From contig BLSG01000080.1 of NCBI GenBank assembly GCA_012862495.1, positions 1-64,000 on the forward strand: 64,000 nucleotides of DNA, read 5' to 3'. The stretch's first letter is position 1; each line of letters opens with the position of its first letter. Source of the stretch: Thraustochytrium aureum (lineage: Eukaryota). Positions 1 to 9,454 of the stretch are shown piece by piece. The position numbers and the translations under genes were made by a program. The notes under the pieces are model-generated. The model was not told where the DNA came from. It saw only the letters and a program-made list of their open reading frames with translations, and searched no databases.

Positions 1-1
1 C

Positions 2-3000
2 CTTGGCCTGGTAAAACCGTTGCACCGCCACCGCGCTGGCCGCCCCGCCGAGTTTCCGCAACGCGTCGCGATTGAGCTGCGGCGGCGCAGCGCCCGAAGG
101 CGCCGACGACTGCGCCGCACGCTTGACCAGCCGTACGCGCGTCGCGCGAGCCTCCTTGGTACGCCGGTCGGTGACCAGCGTGTACTCGACCTCGTCGCCG
201 TCCGCCAGGTGCGCGCCGTCCTTCACCTCGAGCCTGTCGAAGCGGACCGACCCGTCCCGGCCCCCCGCGCCGGGCTTAAACGCCTCGTCCACCACATCCG
301 AGCCATCCCCGTTGGCGCCCTTACCGGCGACCACGGGGCGCACAAACCCGAAGCGGTCCGAGACCACGCCCTCCACCACGCCCCGACAGATCTTCGCCCC
401 GGTGCTGACCAACGTGACACCTGTGGCACGGATTTTCTTCGAGGCGCGGTTCACGACAAGGCTAAACTCGACAACGTCGCCCACGGACGGCACCCAGCCT
501 TCGCGCGACTGCGCGTCGTTCATTTCGCGGGCAGCATCCTTATCCTCAGGGCTCTGCTCGCTTGCCCGTTTCTCCAGCAGGCTCACTGCCTCGCCAGGTT
601 GGACCAGGTCGCTCAGAGAAAAGAGAAACTTGCGCACCGCGGGCGCGGTGTCGCTCGTTGCTGCGCCTCCCTTGGGCGCCTCCTTTCCGCTTTCCGCTGC
701 GCCATCGGCGGCAGGCGGCTCGCTCTTGCCGTTAGCCTCGGCCTCGCTGTGGGTCTGCGCGGGCGGCTCCTTCGTCACGGTCAGCTGCTCGCCCTCCCAC
801 TTGACGTAGAGGCCTCCTTTCTGGGCGTTCCTCTCCACCTCCTTGAGCTCGACAGCGGCCAGTCCGGGGTCGACGGCCCAGACCAGATCGTCAGAAGCCT
901 CGAACTGGTCTTGCATCCTGCGCAACTCGTTGGCTCGACGCCAGTCAAGCTTGGCCCCTTCTGGCAACTTGGCCTCGTCACTGTCCTCATCCAGGCCAGC
1001 CTCCGGGTCCACACTGTCAACAAGTTTGCCCATCATATACGGCGCGACATGGAGCAGCGTCAGTCTGACCGAGTTGGGATGGTCGCCTTTCCATTTGATG
1101 CCCCGCAGGTCCGAGAGGCGCTTGGGCTCGCGCACAATCGTACCGCGAAAGTGCGCCTTCTCTCCGGTCTCCGGGTTGACGACAGGGTCATCAACCACAA
1201 TCGATCCGGGAGGGAGCTTCCGGATCCCCGTCGCCTGAGCGCCCTTTTGGCTGGAGACAAACCGGTACTCAACCTCGTCCCCGCTCGAGACGGTGGTTCG
1301 GTAGTCGCCGTCGCAGTCAGAAACACGAAAGTACAGCCGATCCGTGCGAACAGCGCTCTGCAGAAACCCAAACCCTTGCTCGTGCACGGTGGAAACCACG
1401 CCGACCTCCGTGCCATCTCTCCTCTTCGCCGGCGCAGCGGCCTCACGTCGCGCAGCTCCAGTCACGCACACCGCCTTGGCCGTATGCCGCACCGTCCGCC
1501 GGTCCAAGCACAACGTAAACTCCACCTTGTCGCCCACCTGGACACCTCGACGATCTTCGACTGCGTTGGGGTCGAAGGACACCCTCATCAACACCGTGCC
1601 AGATCCTGGGGCGTCCGCAGTGTTCGCCTCTGATTGTGCGGTGGGCGATGCCCCGCCCTGCTCTGTCGTCTCCTCGCCGTCGGGCCCGGGCTTGGCGCCC
1701 TTCTTCCGCTGCATCTTGCCCTGCGTCGGCCGCTTGCGTACGAGCGTGCAACGGCCCAAGCCGTCTTCGCTTGCGCGCGTCTCATACGCAAGGCCGAGCC
1801 AGGCGCAATACTCGCGAGCCAGCGCCTCGTCGTTGAGCGATACGCGCATCGACTTTGTACCAGAAACAGCCGCCTTCGCCTCGTTTCTGCCGCCGGCGTC
1901 GCTGCCCTTCCGTTGCGGCTGCTCCTGCGCACCGCTGTGAGGTGCACCTTGCCTCCCGCGCCCACGCGCATTGCTGCTGTGGGGCGGTTCTGGGACAAGC
2001 TCAACGGCGGTCGCGATCGCAGCCCCTTCCCCAGGCGCGGCCGTCAGCGTTCCTGCCGCGAATCCGCGCAAGACCTCGAAGACCTCCGGCGCAAGCAAGC
2101 TGGTTGGCTCGCACTCGATCCAGCCCAGGTCGCCTTGCGACTGCTGCTGCTGGCCGGACTGGAAACCACTCATCCGAGATCGCTGGCGCCGGGCCGGCCC
2201 CGGCGCTTTGACGACCACGCCGGAAACCTTTGCTGCCAGCTCAATCTCCACTGGCGGGGCAGGCGAAATACGCAAAACGCGCATCGCGACAGTGCGGCGG
2301 TCTGCGGACCGCGCGTTGCTGCCGCCACCAGAGCTGGCCACCGATCTACTGCTGCCACCGCCTCCAGCGCGCCCGTGGTTGGCGTTGTTTCCTTGCCCAC
2401 CGTGGATCTGGTCATACTCCACCTGAAACGAAACAGCGTCCCCCTCGCGCAACGGCGAGTCGCGTTGCGAATGCCGCCCCGTCTGCTCAAGAGTCGACGG
2501 CGCGCTCAAGCCGCGAGCCGCAATCACCTCCTTGAGGGGGAAGAAAACCTGCCCCGGTCTGCTTAGGCAGTCGATGAACCCGAAAGACTCGCGCAAGCTG
2601 CCCACGACTCCCGTCTCGCGACGCGTCTTGCCCTGCCACTCGTCAAGAGCAGAGGCAGAGACTCGCTCCTTCTCCTCGTGCGGTTCGACGAGCTGGACGT
2701 TGCGAACAGCCAAGGCCCCCGTCCGCTTGACACGGAAGACGTCCACGATGACCGTGTCGTTCGGCTGCGGCCGGGGTGTAGGCGAGGCAAGGTCTCCCGA
2801 GCGATAGTCGACCTCGACCGTGCCCGCTGGCAACGCCTTTGCCTCTCCTTCGGCTCCATCCGCCTTCGCCTCGGACGCGTCTGCTGGCGTCTGCACGCTT
2901 CCTTCGCCAGGCTCTGCACCCTCCTTGGTCAGACTTGACGCCAGCTCAGGGTGCAGCTTTTCGAGCCGAACGCGTCCGATCGGCTTTTGCTCGTGCGGCT

Positions 3001-5170
3001 GAGGGCGTCGGCCATATCTGTAGACCTGAACGAGCGTGGCGCGCTCGCCCGTGAGCAGCTCCTCCTCGAACGCCACCGAGCCCGCGGGCAGTTCGCTCAC
3101 GTCGAACGCGACGAGCCGATTGGGGACCATGGGGTCTTTCACAACATAAAACTCGAGCTCGACTCCCGGCCGAAGCACATTGTCGCGAGTCTGCGGATCG
3201 ACCGCCGACCGCCAGTCGTTTGCGGAGAATGGACTTTTCGCATCACCTTGGGCCTTTCCTTTGGGCTGAAATTTGGATGGCAGGTCACGGTACGCGAAGA
3301 AGACCCGTTCTTCGCGCTCCTCGCACTCGATTGATCCCATCGCATTCGCGTCCCACTTGACACCGTGCGGGTGGTCCCCGGCTCGCCCTTTGCCGGCGTG
3401 CAGGCCGCCGCCCGAAGGTGGCGCCAACGTGGCAATCCGGCCCCGCTCTCGCTTGGCCTCGCCAGACTTGACTTGCTTCAGCATCGTTTCTTTAGCCCTC
3501 TCGCTGGCGGTCTTGACGATCCGGATGTTGCACGCATGCACGCGGCCTGTGGCTAGCTCTGTGCAGACGTCGAACTGAACGAAATCGCCCCGGAGCGGGA
3601 ACGCGGCGCCTTTTTGCTTTCGCGGCTTGGCCTTGTCCTGCTTTGGCTCATCCTCTGCCTTTGCCGACGCGGAGGAGCTTGTCGAGGGGTTTGCATCGGC
3701 GTCTTCTGTGGCTTTTGGGCCATGGCTGGTGTCCTGCACCTTGGCTCCCACACCGCGCGCCGCAAAGCTAAAGACCTTGATACTGTCGGCGACCGCGACG
3801 CTCACGTCGTCCGGTACCAGCTGTGTGAGTGCTTCGCGCTCTTCGTCAGAAAGAACCATGATCCGCCCAGTCCACGCCCTGTTGTTGTTCTTCGCATCCA
3901 GAAAATCGTTGATGCCTTGTGGGGCCTGGCCTGGCGCATTGTTGTTGTACAAGGACGAGCCGTGGCGCCGGATCTGCGGCCGAAAAGTCTCGTTGATTAC
4001 CACACCGAACTGGTTTGTCTTGTCCGGGACAACTTGGTCGTATGTGACAGATCCGCGCTCCAACACCTTGAGGTGGGTCGCGCTCACGCGGCCCTTGCTT
4101 CCGACGACAGCCTGGAACTCGACCTCGTCGCCGACTTGTAGCTTGGCCGGATCGCACGACCCTGTCTTGGCGACCTCGTCAAAATGGAAAAATACATCGG
4201 CGCTCGAGCTCTCAGAGACGAATTGAATAAACCCGAACTCGCCCTTCAGGGACGTGATGATTCCTTGTGAAGCGGCCTTGTGCGCTGCCACAGATTGCGC
4301 CGGTCCCGGCACTCTCGGAGCCGCCATATGTGGGCCGCGCGGGCCGCCATGGCCCCGCGTCCACTGCCCTCCAGCAGCGCCATGATCCGCCGCAGGCGCG
4401 GCAGGAGTAGCCGACCCCCGCGCCCATTGGGCTCCAGCTGCTCCAGTACTCGACGCAGCGCTTGGTGCCACAGGGGGCGCCGCGCTCGCGGCTCCACGAA
4501 CCGCGCCTCCACGGTCGGCCTGCCCCATTTCCGAGCTTGCCGTCGGACCGGCTGGAGGCGCAGGAGGCCCAGACAAGGTCGAGGCTGGCAAAGGTGCGGC
4601 GGAGCTAGCTGCTGCGACGTTCTTCGGCGCACTGGCGCCCTGGGCCGGTTCCACGGCCTCACGTGAGGGGGGGGCGCATCCCGAGCTGGCGCGGCACGAA
4701 CACTGGCTGAAGCAGGAGTCTGCGCGATAGACGGGCCGCCGGCCACGGACCGAGGGCCCTGAGAGGATCCCCATCCGCTGCAGCATGCCGCCGCCGCCTC
4801 CGCTTCCCGCTTGCACACCCGTCGGGGGAGNNNNNNNNNNNNNNNNNNNNNNNNNNNNNNNNNNNNNNNNNNNNNNNNNNNNNNNNNNNNNNNNNNNNNN
4901 NNNNNNNNNNNNNNNNNNNNNNNNNNNNNNNNNNNNNNNNNNNNNNNNNNNNNNNNNNNNNNNNNNNNNNNNNNNNNNNNNNNCTGATCGAGCTTCCTGA
5001 TTGTGCCGCTCGTGAATCTGCTGCTGTGGCGTCAACGCCGAAGGTCCCCGCGCGATGGATTCCTCCGCTTTAGCAGCCGCGGCCTCAGCTGCAGCCTTCT
5101 CCGCGGCAGCCGCCAAGTCGTCCGGAAGGGCGGTCGGATCGCCCGTCTCGACTTCGTCGGCCCAGTTCAT
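2..5170 (-). CDS. CSDE1: Multi-cold-shock-domain RNA-binding protein, CSDE1/UNR-like; 3' end lies just outside the window, spans gap 4831-4983, and may have a further upstream exon (about 5336-5545)
   Basis: Manual minus-strand translation of several segments in one frame gives repeated CSD motifs: GIITSLKGEFGFIQ..DVFFHFDEV (~4265-4175), ETGVVGSLRESFGFIDCLSRPGQVFFPLKEV (~2615-2525), EVGVVSTVHEQGFGFLQ..RLYFRV (~1410-1322), GDEVEYTLVTDRRT. It ends ..QRFYQAK at the window edge, where a SUZ-C-like tail would be expected. The long + strand ORFs 20-1633 and 1634-2566 are in-register antisense shadows. In-frame ATG (MNWADEV) at 5170. Confidence 0.85.
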   Translation of the reverse strand, partial: MNWADEVETGDPTALPDDLAAAAEKAAAEAAAAKAEESIARGPSALTPQQQIHERHNQEARSXXXXXXXXXXXXXXXXXXXXXXXXXXXXXXXXXXXXXXXXXXXXXXXXXXXXPPTGVQAGSGGGGGMLQRMGILSGPSVRGRRPVYRADSCFSQCSCRASSGCAPPSREAVEPAQGASAPKNVAAASSAAPLPASTLSGPPAPPAGPTASSEMGQADRGGAVRGAASAAPPVAPSAASSTGAAGAQWARGSATPAAPAADHGAAGGQWTRGHGGPRGPHMAAPRVPGPAQSVAAHKAASQGIITSLKGEFGFIQFVSESSSADVFFHFDEVAKTGSCDPAKLQVGDEVEFQAVVGSKGRVSATHLKVLERGSVTYDQVVPDKTNQFGVVINETFRPQIRRHGSSLYNNNAPGQAPQGINDFLDAKNNNRAWTGRIMVLSDEEREALTQLVPDDVSVAVADSIKVFSFAARGVGAKVQDTSHGPKATEDADANPSTSSSASAKAEDEPKQDKAKPRKQKGAAFPLRGDFVQFDVCTELATGRVHACNIRIVKTASERAKETMLKQVKSGEAKRERGRIATLAPPSGGGLHAGKGRAGDHPHGVKWDANAMGSIECEEREERVFFAYRDLPSKFQPKGKAQGDAKSPFSANDWRSAVDPQTRDNVLRPGVELEFYVVKDPMVPNRLVAFDVSELPAGSVAFEEELLTGERATLVQVYRYGRRPQPHEQKPIGRVRLEKLHPELASSLTKEGAEPGEGSVQTPADASEAKADGAEGEAKALPAGTVEVDYRSGDLASPTPRPQPNDTVIVDVFRVKRTGALAVRNVQLVEPHEEKERVSASALDEWQGKTRRETGVVGSLRESFGFIDCLSRPGQVFFPLKEVIAARGLSAPSTLEQTGRHSQRDSPLREGDAVSFQVEYDQIHGGQGNNANHGRAGGGGSSRSVASSGGGSNARSADRRTVAMRVLRISPAPPVEIELAAKVSGVVVKAPGPARRQRSRMSGFQSGQQQQSQGDLGWIECEPTSLLAPEVFEVLRGFAAGTLTAAPGEGAAIATAVELVPEPPHSSNARGRGRQGAPHSGAQEQPQRKGSDAGGRNEAKAAVSGTKSMRVSLNDEALAREYCAWLGLAYETRASEDGLGRCTLVRKRPTQGKMQRKKGAKPGPDGEETTEQGGASPTAQSEANTADAPGSGTVLMRVSFDPNAVEDRRGVQVGDKVEFTLCLDRRTVRHTAKAVCVTGAARREAAAPAKRRDGTEVGVVSTVHEQGFGFLQSAVRTDRLYFRVSDCDGDYRTTVSSGDEVEYRFVSSQKGAQATGIRKLPPGSIVVDDPVVNPETGEKAHFRGTIVREPKRLSDLRGIKWKGDHPNSVRLTLLHVAPYMMGKLVDSVDPEAGLDEDSDEAKLPEGAKLDWRRANELRRMQDQFEASDDLVWAVDPGLAAVELKEVERNAQKGGLYVKWEGEQLTVTKEPPAQTHSEAEANGKSEPPAADGAAESGKEAPKGGAATSDTAPAVRKFLFSLSDLVQPGEAVSLLEKRASEQSPEDKDAAREMNDAQSREGWVPSVGDVVEFSLVVNRASKKIRATGVTLVSTGAKICRGVVEGVVSDRFGFVRPVVAGKGANGDGSDVVDEAFKPGAGGRDGSVRFDRLEVKDGAHLADGDEVEYTLVTDRRTKEARATRVRLVKRAAQSSAPSGAAPPQLNRDALRKLGGAASAVAVQRFYQAK

Positions 5171-5267
5171 CTCGGCCACCACGCCGTCAGCAGCACAACT
5201 TCCAAAACCCCAGCCCGCCTCAACTCCGCGCTGGCGTCAGCAACGCGCTGCCGTCCCTTCGATTCTC

Positions 5268-5269
5268 GC

Positions 5270-5301
<32 letters not shown>

Positions 5302-5330
5302 GCGTGCGTGCGCGCTCGCTTGCTTGCTCG
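5268..5330. repeat. (GCGT)n/(GCTT)n tetranucleotide microsatellite, probably in a 5' intron of the CSDE1-like gene
   Basis: cgtgcgtgcgtgcgtgcgtg...; a minus-strand GTAAGC donor-like site lies at ~5335. Confidence 0.8.
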
Positions 5331-6534
5331 CTTACTTGTTTCCGTCCGTCCGTCGGCCTTCCCGATCCCGTTTCCTTGTCGCCCAACCTGCGCTCGGCGT
5401 CGCCGCGACAGCCTCGTGAGGGCCGCGCGATCCCAACCTGCTCGCCAACCGCCGCGCGCCGCCTCTGCCGCCCCGTCCCCGTCGCTCCGCGTTCTGGCTC
5501 TGTCCCGCTCGCGCCCTCTGCCGGTGTTGTATCATCCTCCATCATCCCAGCTGCATCCCGGCGAGCCTCCACTCCACCTTGCCGCCCTATGCGCGCCCCA
5601 GTCCGCGCCCACCTTGGCCGGGCGTATCTGCGACGAAGCTCCCTGCGTTCCCCGCGCCTCTACCCTCGACTGAAAAGATCCTACGCTGAGTTAACCTAAC
5701 CTGCGGAACGCGCGACGCCCTCGCTACCCTAACCCTTTCGCGGGCTGCGCCAACGGACCCAACGGATAGGGCTTGGTGCGTTGCAGATTATCGGCCGGTT
5801 GGCCTGCGATGCGGGCCGCCGGCGCAGAGCCGGGCTGCGATGAATCGCTCGCAGCCGAGCGGCACGCTTCAGCGCCGATTCGCTTGCTGTCTTGGCTTGG
5901 GCTTGGTTCGCGTTTTTTGTTGGCGCTGGGCGGAGGACGTTGGGGAAAAAAATGCGTGGGCAAACGGCATCGCCGCGGTTTGTGCATTGGGCACAAGATG
6001 GTTTGCGGGCAGCGGGGGCGGTCAGGATCGGTCGGTTGGGCAACGCATCTATTTCTGCCTTTTCCATCTGCAGCGTTTTGCACAGCGCCGCGAAGCGGTC
6101 AGCGAGCGCCCGTCGAGGCTGCGCGACTCGACAAGAACGCCTGCCAACCGAGCTCTCGCACAAGAAAGGTGACGTCCCGACTCCTCAGAACCGGAAAAAT
6201 GCTCTTAGCCGTTGGACGGGCGTGCTGAAAGCCGGCTTCCCTCTCAAAGACCGCCACGATCAGAGCGGGGACAAGGTTTACGGCGAGAGAGCCGCTCGGG
6301 CAGTTTTGCAGGAACGACCCTGTAGAAATGCGGATCTGGACGCGTGCCGCAGCCAAACGACTCGCAGCCAGACACACAGAGTAGGCAGTCACGCTTGGAC
6401 ACAACGCCTGGCGCGCAAGTCCGCGTCGCTAGCGGCTCGGACCAGAAGGAGACACTACCGCGGCGACAGCTGCGCGTGGGACGCGACGCAAGAGCACCCA
6501 GGCGGCCACCAAGCATACGCAACCAGCAACAACG

Positions 6535-7518
6535 ATGTTCAACACGGCAGACTCGTTCGCCAGGACAGCCAATGCGCTTGCCGCCAAGCGACTCGAGACC
6601 GATATTGTCGTAGAAACGGGCGAGTGGAAGAACAAATGCCAGAGCATCCTGGTCCTGGAAAACACAGACAGGTCGCGCAAGAGCGCCCAGGCTGGCTCGG
6701 CGCGCTTCAAGCGCGACCTCGACGGCGCCGCTCGCAACCTGAGCAGGTCCTTCCCAATGAACCTCATGAGTGGAGCGAGACGTCGTAGCTCGAGCGCGCC
6801 CAGCGCGGCGGCAACGTCCTCTGCAATCACATCAAGCGGCGGCGCTGGCCGCCGCCTACAGTGGGCCAACCTGGCCCAGGTGGCCTCTGCTTCAAACTGC
6901 GTCCCGCGGCGCCTGAGCCTGCAGGAGAAGGTTGAGCTCTACAGCCGCAGGCCAGACCTTGACCTTGCTGGTATTATGCAGCGCCTCGAGGCCATCAAGC
7001 GCCTAGAAGCGATGTCTGTACTGCAAACGGCCCAACGCAACCGCTCCATGGCATCGAGTTCACAGCCCAGCGGCAGCTCCATTGGCCAGTTTTACGCATT
7101 CCAAGCGTCCGAGCATGACGACGACGACGATAGTGACCTCGACCTTGGTGAGGCCGAGGAGTCAAAGTACGATGAAGCGCCTGATCTGGACGTCGAGATG
7201 GTGGACGAGTTCAAGCACGACGGCAAGAGCGAGGAGACCGTGAAACGGAGCAACCAAGAAGAAGAAGAGCGCTTCTTCGACGCCTTGTCGGCGTCGCGCC
7301 ACGCCGAGTTCAAGCAAAGCCACACCGAAGCGTCGAGCTCCTCAAGCCCGGCATCCCGGTTTGAGCAGCACCAAGCAAACACGACGGGCGCCCTCCCTCA
7401 TCCCACGCAAGCCCACGCCGCGCACAGGAAGCATCAACGCCGAGTACCGCTCATATTGGCTCCAAAACCGCCAGACGGCATAGCTACCTCCGCCCATCTC
7501 GACCCGCCCAGCGTTTGA
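6535..7518 (+). CDS. Hypothetical protein (327 aa) with Ser-rich and acidic segments
   Basis: ATG-initiated ORF preceded by caacaacg, protein-like composition (acidic tract DDDDDSDLDL); no recognisable domain. Confidence 0.6.
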   Translation: MFNTADSFARTANALAAKRLETDIVVETGEWKNKCQSILVLENTDRSRKSAQAGSARFKRDLDGAARNLSRSFPMNLMSGARRRSSSAPSAAATSSAITSSGGAGRRLQWANLAQVASASNCVPRRLSLQEKVELYSRRPDLDLAGIMQRLEAIKRLEAMSVLQTAQRNRSMASSSQPSGSSIGQFYAFQASEHDDDDDSDLDLGEAEESKYDEAPDLDVEMVDEFKHDGKSEETVKRSNQEEEERFFDALSASRHAEFKQSHTEASSSSSPASRFEQHQANTTGALPHPTQAHAAHRKHQRRVPLILAPKPPDGIATSAHLDPPSV

Positions 7519-7595
7519 GCTTCTGGGGCTCGACGGCGGCCTCCGCCAGCCGCAGGAGACGTTCAACCGCTCCAACATCCACTGAGAACGCCCCA

Positions 7596-7881
7596 CAGAC
7601 GACCGATAGATCCCTTGCCGATGACCTTCATCCAAAACAGCTACCGAGTACCATGCCTCCTTTTTTTTCACATTCGCGGGCTTGGACGACCGACAGATCA
7701 CTTGCCGATGAGAGCCCACGTCTGATGATGATGATGAGAGCCCACGTCTGATGATGATGATGAGAGCCCACGTCTGATGATGATGATGAGAGCCCACGTT
7801 TGATGAGAGCCTCCGTTTTTCACGTTCGCGTACGCATGCGACCAACAGATCACTTGCCGATAACCTTCATCCAAAGCAGCT
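7596..7881. repeat. Composite local repeat: three copies of a 27-47 bp unit, two copies of a ~21 bp unit, and a 26-bp tandem array (3.5 copies, 7710-7799)
   Basis: gagagcccacgtctgatgatgatgat at 7710, 7736, 7762 and partially at 7788; gacc(g/a)a(t/c)agatc(c/a)cttgccgat at ~7601, ~7688, ~7840. Confidence 0.9.
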
Positions 7882-8426
7882 CCCAGCCTCCAGAACTTAC
7901 AGTCGCGAGTAGGTACCTTGAGTCCGCACCGGGCTGTATGTCTCTGGCCCCAACGAGTGCGCCGATTGCTGTCCTCGAGCAGCACGGCGTCACCCCTCCC
8001 ACACCACAATAAGCCCACAAAGTCCGACGAGCAAAGAATCATTCATTACCAGTCCGGCCCCCCTCGTCGTGTCTTGTACGACTGCAGCATGCTCCACCGC
8101 ATTGCTTCTCCACACGAGACTGCGAGCGGCGGCGCGCATGCGAAATGGAATGACGCGGCGGTCCTCAACAGCCTGGCTGTCACATTCTGTCGCCGATCGC
8201 GGCTGCCAGACAGGCAGACCCCGATCACGGCCCTGACGCGGACGCGCATCTTGCTGGCCGAAGAAGGCCCCGCTGGAGGCGCCCCTGCAAGACCGGCGGT
8301 CTGGCTTCCGCGCTCGCGGCCGGGCTTGCCACTTGCTGCCAGGTGGCTGCCGCGTGCAAGTCGCGACCAAGGCGCGCACGCGCGGCGACGGGCTGATAGG
8401 AAGGAAGGGAGGGAGGGAGGGCGCGG

Positions 8427-9362
8427 ATGAACTACGTTGAAAAGGTCGTGCTGGGCACCGCGAGGCTGGGCCCGCTGCCAAAACATGTCGCGTTCATCAT
8501 GGACGGGAACAGGAGGTTTGCCAAGGCGCACGGGAAACGGGCCTGGGAAGGGCACTCGGACGGGTACTCGTCGCTGCTTCGCGTGCTGCAGTGGTGCCTC
8601 GTGCTGGAGGTCAAGGTTGTCACCATCTACGCGTTCAGCATCGACAACTTTCAGCGCCCCAAGGCCGAGGTGGAGACGTTGATGCGGCTCGCGGAAGAGA
8701 AATTCCAAGAGTTCCTCAAGCACCAGGCCCTCGTGATGGAGCACGAGATCCGCGTGCGCATCCTCGGCGACCTCAGCTTGCTGCCAGACGGGGTCAAGCG
8801 TGCAGCAGCAAATGTGATGCACGCCACCGCCCACCACACCAAGCTCACGCTAAACATCTGCTTCAGCTACACCTCGGGCGAAGAGATCGCCAGCACGATC
8901 CGAAACGTCGTCCAAGCGGCGCGCGATGGCAGAATCGAAAAGGAGGACATCGACGAGCAGTTCCTTTCCCAGTGCCTGTACACGCGCGGCAGCTCGCCAG
9001 ATCTCCTTGTTCGCACCTCGGGGGAGACGCGCCTGAGCGACTTTCTCATTTGGCAGTGCAACCGAGCACACCTCTCGTTCCTTGACGTGACCTGGCCCGA
9101 GATAGACATGTGGCGCTTCCTCACATGCATCTGGGACTTTCAGGCGCATCGCATTTGCGAGCAAGCCCCGGAAGGTCTTCTCGAGGAAACGCCCCTGGAC
9201 AAAGCGGCGCTCGAACGCCAGAGGCGCCAGCGAGCCTACTTGACGGCCTCGAGGCGGCAGAGCTCGCCCAGTGCAAGCAGTGGATGTGAGCAGTTAGTGC
9301 CTTTTAGTGATAGTCTGTCAACGCTGGGCCCGCGGTGGCTCGCTCGTTTGTCGCCGCGCTGA
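8427..9362 (+). CDS. DHDDS: cis-prenyltransferase / dehydrodolichyl diphosphate synthase catalytic subunit
   Basis: PKHVAFIMDGNRR, TIYAFSIDNFQRPKAEV, LNICFSYT, PDLLVRTSGETRLSDFLIWQ are the conserved cis-prenyltransferase regions. Confidence 0.95.
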   Translation: MNYVEKVVLGTARLGPLPKHVAFIMDGNRRFAKAHGKRAWEGHSDGYSSLLRVLQWCLVLEVKVVTIYAFSIDNFQRPKAEVETLMRLAEEKFQEFLKHQALVMEHEIRVRILGDLSLLPDGVKRAAANVMHATAHHTKLTLNICFSYTSGEEIASTIRNVVQAARDGRIEKEDIDEQFLSQCLYTRGSSPDLLVRTSGETRLSDFLIWQCNRAHLSFLDVTWPEIDMWRFLTCIWDFQAHRICEQAPEGLLEETPLDKAALERQRRQRAYLTASRRQSSPSASSGCEQLVPFSDSLSTLGPRWLARLSPR

Positions 9363-9454
9363 GTCTCGCGACCCCTTATGAAATACAACGTGAATAGTAG
9401 TGCCTCGCAACCCGGCCGAGTACTTACTGCCTTCCTCTCTGGCAGGGCGCGGGG

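Noticed and set aside
20..2566. Long + strand ORFs 20-1633 (537 aa) and 1634-2566 (310 aa)
   Set aside because: In-register antisense shadows of the minus-strand CSDE1-like gene; Arg/Leu/His-rich with no motifs
7710..7799. 26-bp repeat array as a CRISPR array or box C/D snoRNA cluster (contains TGATGA and CTGA)
   Set aside because: Units are directly adjacent with no unique spacers or guide regions, there are no cas genes, and the context is eukaryotic
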